NCBI GenBank assembly: GCA_035478375.1
Contig: DATIJQ010000035.1
Location: 21,087 to 45,086, forward strand
Length of the DNA: 24,000 nucleotides
Origin: Candidatus Saccharimonas sp.
Lineage (GTDB): Bacteria > Patescibacteriota > Saccharimonadia > Saccharimonadales > EFPC-124
Reading direction: 5' to 3'
Position 1 is the first letter of the stretch. Each line of letters starts with the position of its first letter. Positions 17,422 to 24,000 of the stretch are shown here, one piece after another. The notes under the pieces were generated by a model. It saw nothing but the letters and a program-made list of their open reading frames with translations, made no database searches and was not told the DNA's origin. A program made the position numbers and the translations under genes.

Positions 17422-18563
17422 TAAACACCTCCCCCATTGGCGGTAAATAGCCGAATATAGTTTTGGTAGGCAAATTGCCGCCCGTACGTTGCTGCTTCAT
17501 CCGTAGGCTGAAGAATGCCTAGATTGACGAACTTCTTAATAAGCTGATTTGCAGCTGGGCGGGAGAGGCCGGTGATTTTTTCGGCAGCAGCCACGTCAAC
17601 AATTGGCTGGCTATACAAACCCTTGAGTAACTTCACCGCAGTGGGCGCCTGCTTGCCGCCAAGGGCATGGACGATAGTCATGTCTTGCTCGCGTATTGTA
17701 ATTATGTGCTTCGAGACATCAGTTGCTTCGCGAGCGACCTCGGCAACACCCTCCAAGAAAAACTCAACCCACTCATTAACTTCGCCTTTGTTATGGTAGG
17801 CGGAAAGTCGATCGAAATAGGTGTCTCGGTGCCGCTTAAAATATTCAGATAGATAAAGAATAGGGTACTCGAGCACCTTTTGGCGACACAAATACATAGT
17901 AATCAAAAGCCGCCCCGTGCGGCCGTTACCGTCCAAGAACGGGTGTATGGTTTCAAACTGGGCATGCATGAGCGCTGCATTGATAAGCGCTGGGTAGGAC
18001 TGTTTTTTGTTAAGAAAATTTTCGAAGTCACTGAGCACCCTGCCCAGTTCATGCACCGGTGGCGGAACGAAATCGGCATTGTCAGGCCGTGTGCCGCCGA
18101 TCCAGTTCTGTGTTTTGCGGATTTCACCTGGAGTCTTGCCCACACCTTCGGCGGTTTCCGCCATCAACTGCTCGTGCAGCTCGCGGATTACGCGCAGTAT
18201 TAGCGGCATTGACTTAAGTCGACTCAAGCCATAGTTAACAGCCTTTACGTAATGTAAGATGTTTTCTACGTCACGAGGTACACCTTCAGTAATATTGAGG
18301 TCAGCCTTCAATGAGTCATGCATAGTCGCTTTAGTACCTTCGATGTTGCTCGAAAGAGTAGCTTCTTTGCGGACGTACATATAAATAAAGAAATCAATGT
18401 CCGGAATAAGCTGAGCGATGCCGTCCAACTTACCGAGCGCCAGCGTGGCATCCGCAGCAAGAAGTTGGGTTTGTGACCTAAAAACAAGCGGCGTTGTGGG
18501 CGGAAAAGCATCGGGGATAAATGCCTTGAAGCCCGCAGGTTGCGTTACAAATTTACCAATCAC
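17421..18563 (-). CDS. Fic-family protein (likely AMP transferase), class II with N-terminal inhibitory motif and C-terminal winged helix
   Basis: 380-aa ORF; core motif IHPFLDGNGRTGR; inhibitory motif SSNIEG; C-terminal LSRPAANQLIKKFVNLGIL HTH. Confidence 0.95.
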   Translation of the reverse strand: MIGKFVTQPAGFKAFIPDAFPPTTPLVFRSQTQLLAADATLALGKLDGIAQLIPDIDFFIYMYVRKEATLSSNIEGTKATMHDSLKADLNITEGVPRDVENILHYVKAVNYGLSRLKSMPLILRVIRELHEQLMAETAEGVGKTPGEIRKTQNWIGGTRPDNADFVPPPVHELGRVLSDFENFLNKKQSYPALINAALMHAQFETIHPFLDGNGRTGRLLITMYLCRQKVLEYPILYLSEYFKRHRDTYFDRLSAYHNKGEVNEWVEFFLEGVAEVAREATDVSKHIITIREQDMTIVHALGGKQAPTAVKLLKGLYSQPIVDVAAAEKITGLSRPAANQLIKKFVNLGILQPTDEAATYGRQFAYQNYIRLFTANGGGV

Positions 18564-18696
18564 GTACTTAACATCCTTTTATACAATGTTAAGTATAACC
18601 CGTCGAACTTAACATTGCAACATTAAATGTTAAGTTCATAGTGACACGTTGCCCTGCGGTTGTGTATATGTTGACGCAAGGAATTTCGGATTTTAC

Positions 18697-18718
18697 TGCC
18701 GTCAAGATTACCGTCAAA
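18697..18718. repeat. 22-nt direct repeat, copy 2
   Basis: TGCCGTCAAGATTACCGTCAAA; 20/22 match to 16728-16749. Confidence 0.6.
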
Positions 18719-18797
18719 TCCCGTTTTTAGCATAATCAACACCTAACAAAACAAACTAGCAACCGGGGTGAGGTTGCTAGTTTGGCTAATCTCAATC

Positions 18798-18872
18798 TGG
18801 TGACCCTATCGGGACTCGAACCCGAGTTGCCGCCGTGAGAGGGCGATGTCCTAACCGCTAGACGATAGGGCC
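18798..18872 (-). tRNA. tRNA-Glu(CTC)
   Basis: 75-nt cloverleaf GGCCCTATCGTCTAGCGGTTAGGACATCGCC-CTCTCAC-GGCGGCAACTCGGGTTCGAGTCCCGATAGGGTCACCA; anticodon CTC; encoded CCA. Confidence 0.96.
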
Positions 18873-19024
18873 ATATTTGGGCCCGTCTACGTAAAAGGTT
18901 TAGGGCCAAATTCGCCTCTCATCGTAGCATGACAGGGGCGGCATGTCTACGCTGTGAAATAAGTTTTGGGGCTGCAAGGAGAGTGCAGGGTCTGGGCACT
19001 CCCCTTGCTTGTGTCAGGTGTCCG

Positions 19025-19900
19025 CTAAAAATCAAGCAAGCTATCGAGGTGGGCGTAGCTGACAGTGCAGGTCGCCATGGCATCCATGAAGATGCTGCCG
19101 TAGCGACGATCGAGGGGATTGTTGGCGTGGTGCGTGGTGTGCACATCGACAGGTGCGCCAATGTAAGCGTTGAGACGTGTTTCGGTGGGTCGCTGCCATG
19201 GGCCAAGGATTAATGGCGCTGGTCTGACAAGTCCTTCTGTCTGATGCCACCAACCGTACTGTCCCAAAATGAGCCACTGGCGGTGTAGCTGCAGCGAGCA
19301 GTCCAAGATCACCTCTGCCCATTTACGTTGACGTTCGTCGAGGGCGTTACCTGCGTTGGCGGTGACGATGCTCAGCTGTTGGCCGGTGTGCACCAGCCGC
19401 CTAAGCAGGTCGTCCATGTCGGAATAGTCGCACGGCAGTACGCGCTTCTCGTTGTCCGCCAGCCAGCGGTGTAATGCTGTTTGGAACATGGCTTGCTGTG
19501 GGTTGCTGCTCAGAACAAGTTTAATGTTGTTGAGCTGCAGAGGGCCGTTGCCTGGCTTGCGCTGCCAGCCGCTCTCAATGGCGATGGTATTGGCGCTCTG
19601 TAGCAAGGCGCCGTGCTGCTCGGTGAGGTCGGTCAGGTTGCCGGCGCTGTCATGGTTGCAGAGCAACAATGGCACAGCCCGGTCTGTCCGTCCAAAGAAT
19701 TTTAGATACGAAAGCCCCTCCTTTTGCAACTTGTTTTGCAGCACGCTTGGCGGAGGTACGTTAGATTCGAGCGGCTCGCCAGTCAGTAAATCGAGCAGAC
19801 GAATCTTGCCAGAATCGTAACTAAAGTGAGTCCCTTCTATGCTGTCAAGTACGTGTCTCAGGTCGATGTCGTTGCCGGATAAACTCTTGTCATCTGACAT
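19025..19900 (-). CDS. Hypothetical protein, GC-rich
   Basis: ORF with likely start MSDDKSLSG at 19900; no recognised domain; high third-position GC. Confidence 0.75.
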   Translation of the reverse strand: MSDDKSLSGNDIDLRHVLDSIEGTHFSYDSGKIRLLDLLTGEPLESNVPPPSVLQNKLQKEGLSYLKFFGRTDRAVPLLLCNHDSAGNLTDLTEQHGALLQSANTIAIESGWQRKPGNGPLQLNNIKLVLSSNPQQAMFQTALHRWLADNEKRVLPCDYSDMDDLLRRLVHTGQQLSIVTANAGNALDERQRKWAEVILDCSLQLHRQWLILGQYGWWHQTEGLVRPAPLILGPWQRPTETRLNAYIGAPVDVHTTHHANNPLDRRYGSIFMDAMATCTVSYAHLDSLLDF

Positions 19901-19959
19901 GCGTATAGTGTACCACATAGGTGTATGGTTGGGCGTCGCTTGACGCCCAACCGCGGGGT

Positions 19960-20502
19960 TTACCGGAAGATGAAGGCTACCACAACCAGCGCGATGCCTG
20001 CAATCAGGAATCGGATGGCTATGGCGTGCAACCGCTTGTAGCGGTCGAGCGGACCCGTTTTGCGCGCTGTCCGCATTATGTGTTTGACATAGACGTCAAA
20101 ATTGGTCTTGATGAGACCAGTCCAGACCTCTGGTGGCATGAAGTTTTTAACCAGCACGTCGAGTCGCGGCATATAGGCCATCAGCGACAGCATCATAGCG
20201 ATGCCAGTTGCGACCGCGCTCAGCTTTGACGCAATGACAACGACAATATTGCCGCCCTGGAAAAAGAATACGCACGCTGCCAAAATAATACCGCCAAGGC
20301 TCACCAGCATTGTGGTGCGCGCCGAAACCTGCGCGAGCTCTTTGCTGCGGTAGTCATATTCATCTTTTGCTTCAGCGATCGCACGTCCACCGTTGGGGTG
20401 GGCTAACCAGGCAGCGCGGTATTTTTCTTGTTGCTTTGCCCACCAAGCGTCGGCGTCGAATTCTTTGTAATGGAACAGTTTTTGCAGCAACCTTTGGAGC
20501 AA
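19960..20502 (-). CDS. Hypothetical membrane protein (three hydrophobic segments)
   Basis: 180-aa ORF; MLVSLGGIILAACVFFF, LSAVATGIAMMLSLMAYM, LIAGIALVVVAFIF. Confidence 0.8.
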   Translation of the reverse strand: MLQRLLQKLFHYKEFDADAWWAKQQEKYRAAWLAHPNGGRAIAEAKDEYDYRSKELAQVSARTTMLVSLGGIILAACVFFFQGGNIVVVIASKLSAVATGIAMMLSLMAYMPRLDVLVKNFMPPEVWTGLIKTNFDVYVKHIMRTARKTGPLDRYKRLHAIAIRFLIAGIALVVVAFIFR

Positions 20503-20549
20503 CGGTCAACCTTCCTCGCGGTTTTGTCCCCAATAATTTATACCATAAA

Positions 20550-20933
20550 CTATGCGGCGGTTTGCAAACTTTGTATAATTTCGATTAATTTGCGCGGCGT
20601 TATGTCGGCTTTAATTAAATAACCGTCGGCTTTGTTTTGCATGGCTTGGCGCGATTCTTCGTCTTGGCTAAAATTAGTGAGTACCAAAATGCGCGAGTTT
20701 GGCACTTTGTCTTGGCCGCCGCGCAGAGTTTGCAAGATTTCTGTGCCGTGTGTTTCGGGCAACAAAATATCTAACAAAATGAGGTCGAATTTTTGGGCCA
20801 GCGCCGCCTTTAACCCTTCGGCGCCATTGCTAATAAGGGTAACGTCGTAGCCGGCTTTACGCAAACTGCGGGCGTACATGTCGCCAATAAATACGTCGTC
20901 TTCGATGCATAAGATTGTTCTGATTGCTGCCAT
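20550..20933 (-). CDS. Stand-alone receiver-domain response regulator
   Basis: 127-aa ORF; ILCIEDDVFIGDMYARSL, KFDLILLDILLPETHG, ILVLTNFS, GYLIKADITP. Confidence 0.93.
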   Translation of the reverse strand: MAAIRTILCIEDDVFIGDMYARSLRKAGYDVTLISNGAEGLKAALAQKFDLILLDILLPETHGTEILQTLRGGQDKVPNSRILVLTNFSQDEESRQAMQNKADGYLIKADITPRKLIEIIQSLQTAA

Positions 20934-20938
20934 GGCTA

Positions 20939-22456
20939 CTACCTCCGGTACATTGCGTGGTTTTTTATCCAGCCTTCGCTGCGCTGTACAATATCTTTAT
21001 TATTGCCGCTGGCCACCTTTTGCGCAACGGTTGCGTAAATAGGCAGTGTAAAACCAAAGGTTGTCCCCTGCCCTTCTTTGCTGCGGACCCAGATGCTGCC
21101 ACCGTGGCTTTCGACAATAGCTTTGCAAATGTACAGACCGAGGCCGGTGCCGGCAACAGCTTCGCGCGAGCGGTGTGAGCGGTAAAATTTGTTGAACAAG
21201 TTGCCGACGACCGATTCTGGCATGCCGATGCCGTTGTCGGCAACGGTGACCTCAACAAAATCTTCTTTGCGGCGGGCGCCAATGACCACTTCGCCGTCTT
21301 CGTGGCTATATTTTATGGCGTTGTCGATGAGGTTAATGATGACTTCGCTAAGGCTGGTGCGATCGGCGGCGATGGTTGGTAAATCTTGCGGAATTTGGAA
21401 GGTTAATTTGCGACGCTGCGTGCTGGCGCGCAAGGCAAGGTCCGGCACAAGGCTTTTAAATACGTCTAATAAATTTTCTTCTTGAAGGTGGATCGTAAAC
21501 CGGCTGCGGTCGTAGCGCGAGACGTTCAAAATGTTGTTTATGTAACCGCTGAGTCGCTCCGCCGATACCTGCAGGCGGTCAAGCAAAATTTGTTGGTCGT
21601 CCGAAAGCTGGGTGGTGAGTTCGTCTTTTAACACCTCTAAATAGCCGCGGATAACAGTAATTGGTCCGCGCAGTTCGTGAGCTGCCAGCGCAATAAAATC
21701 CATGTTGTCTTGGTCGGGCGCATAGGCCACTGTGCGGTCAAGGGCGACCAGCACGACTTCGATACCGGCTTTGGCGTTTTTTTGGTAGTGCCCGGCGACG
21801 TCAAAAATGCGTTGGCCGTCTTCGCCGGTTGGTTTGTCGGCGACGCGTAACCATAAGTGATCGTCGCGCACTTTATTAGCTTGGCAGTCGGCAATCCATT
21901 TGGCCAGGTCGTCGTTTTGTTCAAAAATAAGCGAAAGCTGCTGCACATTATCGCTGTTGGCGGTGACTGGCGAGGCTGAGTTGGCGTACACAATGGCGCC
22001 GGTGGCGTCCATGGCAACGACGCCGCAAGGCAGGCCGTCGGTCAGCACGCGGAAAAAATCCCCGGTTTGCGTGGTTTCGTTTGTGCTTGGTCCAGCTGCG
22101 GCTAATTCAAAAATAGTCTTGACCATGGCTTTGAGGCCGGATTGTTCGTACTGCTTTATATTTATATCAGGTGGTGGCGTTACAACTGGGTCGCTCGAGA
22201 CATGCGCCACAGCTTGGCTCATCACCCGCAGCGGCGCACTCGTGAGTCGCAAAATAAGCAAAATAACCAGTACGTTTACCACGACGCCAGCCAACACGCC
22301 AACAATAAACGTTGGTACAACAGCAAAACCAAAGCTATGCCAGGCAATCCAGGCGAGTGCGCTGGCCAGCAAAGCGCCCGTCACCTGCAGGGTAACGACT
22401 TGCGTGGTGGTTTTACGGTAGTATGTGGTAAAAAATTCGTGGACTTTTATTGCCAT
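20939..22456 (-). CDS. Membrane sensor histidine kinase (TM region, PAS-like, HisKA, HATPase_c)
   Basis: 505-aa ORF; H-box ALAAHELRGPITVIRGYLEVL, N-box NLIDNAIKYSHEDGEVV, G-boxes DNGIGMPE and GTGLGLYICKAIVESHGG. Confidence 0.96.
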   Translation of the reverse strand: MAIKVHEFFTTYYRKTTTQVVTLQVTGALLASALAWIAWHSFGFAVVPTFIVGVLAGVVVNVLVILLILRLTSAPLRVMSQAVAHVSSDPVVTPPPDINIKQYEQSGLKAMVKTIFELAAAGPSTNETTQTGDFFRVLTDGLPCGVVAMDATGAIVYANSASPVTANSDNVQQLSLIFEQNDDLAKWIADCQANKVRDDHLWLRVADKPTGEDGQRIFDVAGHYQKNAKAGIEVVLVALDRTVAYAPDQDNMDFIALAAHELRGPITVIRGYLEVLKDELTTQLSDDQQILLDRLQVSAERLSGYINNILNVSRYDRSRFTIHLQEENLLDVFKSLVPDLALRASTQRRKLTFQIPQDLPTIAADRTSLSEVIINLIDNAIKYSHEDGEVVIGARRKEDFVEVTVADNGIGMPESVVGNLFNKFYRSHRSREAVAGTGLGLYICKAIVESHGGSIWVRSKEGQGTTFGFTLPIYATVAQKVASGNNKDIVQRSEGWIKNHAMYRR

Positions 22457-23544
22457 GTTATGGCCTCGTCTGGCGCTACGGCGGTCAGCCAGGTTTGGCC
22501 AATGTTAAAGGCAATTGGGTTGCCGGCATGGTCATAAAATGTGAGCTGACTTTTTTGGTTGTCTTTGCGCCAAAAGCCGTCAATAACGGTGCCGTCTTGG
22601 AAGATGTAGGCTTGGTTAACACCGGTGGTTGTCATTTGTTCGCGGTAGCCATCTTCGTATGCAATTTGCACCGGCACGCGCATAACAACGACGGTTTTGG
22701 GGTTGAGCTGCCCGGCTTCGCGGTCTTTGTGCGGCGCGCCGCCTTCTGATCGCAAGTAACTGTCGCTGGCGGCGTCCCAAGCGTAACTGCTGTCGTACAG
22801 TGGCCCCGAAATATGCACGCTAACTTGCTTGGCGTTTGGCGTGGCGACCGGGTTGTCGAACTTGCGGGCAAAGCCAGTAAAGTTGCTGCTGGTGTAGCCC
22901 TTTGATGCGTTGAGTGCGTCGAGTTTATCAAAGCTGGTGTAGACGTTATGTGGCGCGTAGCGGTCCGTCGCCCGCCAGTAGTAATTGCCGTTAAAAAATT
23001 GGTCGATGTCTTTAAATTGACCATTTCGAATGGTACTCAGCGCATTGGCACTGCCGCCTACGTGCGCCACCGACGGGTCGAACGGCGCCAGCCAGTCAAT
23101 ATAATACGGACGCAAACTGCGGACTGGGCCAATAAGCTGCGGGCGGTCCTCTTGGTGGAGGGTTAAAAAGCGCGTGATGCCGCCTTCGGCTATGGCTTCG
23201 AACACGACGCCGGCGGGTTTAATGCCAGATTGTGGACGGGCGTCGGGGCTGTTTTCGATCATAATTGCCGTGACTTCGCGCTTAGTGGCGGCTTGATCGG
23301 TAACTTGTACGCCAGTTAGTGGCGAATAGTACGTTGTTTTGCCGTCGCCGGTAACGTGTACGGTCTGACTTTGGCGCACGCCTTGGCTAATGATCGTAGC
23401 GGTTTTGTGTTCAAACCAAAAACCAGCTACTAAAAAACCCACCCCTATTAAAAACATGCCGGCACTAAGCGCGATAGTAATTTTATGGTGTTTGCCAACA
23501 AACTGAGCGAAGCTCGCCCACTGGCCAGGTTTGCGTGGCTGCAT
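22447..23544 (-). CDS. DUF3048 (YerB-like) extracytoplasmic protein
   Basis: 365-aa ORF; TM near N-terminus; AVMIENSPDARPQSGIKPAGVVFEAIAEGGITRFLTLHQEDRP...IGPVRSLRPYYIDWLAPFD typical of DUF3048; overlaps the histidine kinase start by 10 nt. Confidence 0.9.
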   Translation of the reverse strand: MQPRKPGQWASFAQFVGKHHKITIALSAGMFLIGVGFLVAGFWFEHKTATIISQGVRQSQTVHVTGDGKTTYYSPLTGVQVTDQAATKREVTAIMIENSPDARPQSGIKPAGVVFEAIAEGGITRFLTLHQEDRPQLIGPVRSLRPYYIDWLAPFDPSVAHVGGSANALSTIRNGQFKDIDQFFNGNYYWRATDRYAPHNVYTSFDKLDALNASKGYTSSNFTGFARKFDNPVATPNAKQVSVHISGPLYDSSYAWDAASDSYLRSEGGAPHKDREAGQLNPKTVVVMRVPVQIAYEDGYREQMTTTGVNQAYIFQDGTVIDGFWRKDNQKSQLTFYDHAGNPIAFNIGQTWLTAVAPDEAITWQ

Positions 23545-23634
23545 GATACAAGTATAGCATGAGCGCGTTGAGCGCTATAAGTATTGACATTTAAGTTTAT
23601 TAGTTATACAATATATATTTAACGACACTTGCCA

Positions 23635-24000
23635 ATGGGGCGAGTGCGTAGCGAGGGAGAGATTGTGAACCACCTTTTGTCGCGCTTGTCGCGCGAGTTC
23701 CCCCACCTCATCGATGGCCCGAGTGCCACGACGAAGTGGGCACGGGCGCTGGTGCTGTTCGCGTTCGCTGGCCTCATGCAGCGCGTCGTTTTCGACGGCT
23801 ACAAGGGGGTGGGAGTTGTCGTCATCACGGTTCTGCTGGTGCTGTTCTTCGGCTTCAGCATGTACCGTACTGTCGGCAAGCGGACGGCTGGCATGACCGA
23901 GGTGCTGCGCAGCATGAACAGCTACGTCGGCATCGGCGGCACCTACCCGCGCATCTGCTACGGCGTCCCCGCGGACAGACCCGACTACCAGGGCCACTAG
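23635..24000 (+). CDS. Small membrane protein, GC-rich
   Basis: ORF with likely ATG at 23635; one or two hydrophobic segments (ALVLFAFAGLMQRVVF, VGVVVITVLLVLFFGFSMY); stop TAG at the window edge. Confidence 0.6.
   Translation: MGRVRSEGEIVNHLLSRLSREFPHLIDGPSATTKWARALVLFAFAGLMQRVVFDGYKGVGVVVITVLLVLFFGFSMYRTVGKRTAGMTEVLRSMNSYVGIGGTYPRICYGVPADRPDYQGH

Noticed and set aside
1-24000. CRISPR array, cas genes, transposase or phage structural genes
   Set aside because: No regularly spaced repeats or corresponding protein motifs were seen in the window or ORF translations.

Overview
This 24 kb window looks like a bacterial chromosomal segment of moderate GC. Gene content and style suggest a CPR/Saccharibacteria-like genome, but that is only an inference. 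Supported background content: two Ser/Thr kinases with an N-terminal sensor-like part and C-terminal kinase domain; a beta-helix-like surface protein; a DUF488 protein; two SAM methyltransferases; a DUF3048-histidine kinase-response regulator operon; a tRNA-Glu(CTC); a class II Fic protein operon; and a Panacea (DUF4065)-like gene with an overlapping small ORF. The most notable locus is at about 13.1-16.6 kb, a compact RiPP/TOMM-like cluster: a YcaO protein, a GNAT acetyltransferase, a divergent SagB-type dehydrogenase, and an unlisted 37-aa precursor ORF on the minus strand at 13181-13294 (MDQSLIIEVTERTDVIETTGAPAGGSNSCGGCTDILL). The precursor lies 14 nt after the YcaO stop, has a GG motif followed by a Ser/Cys/Thr-rich core, and is followed by nested hairpins and a terminator. 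It is very GC-rich at third codon positions compared with the YcaO gene. Next to the cluster, the 3' 23 nt of tRNA-Glu is repeated about 2.2 kb from the intact gene and brackets the Fic operon, an attachment-site-like layout without a visible integrase.
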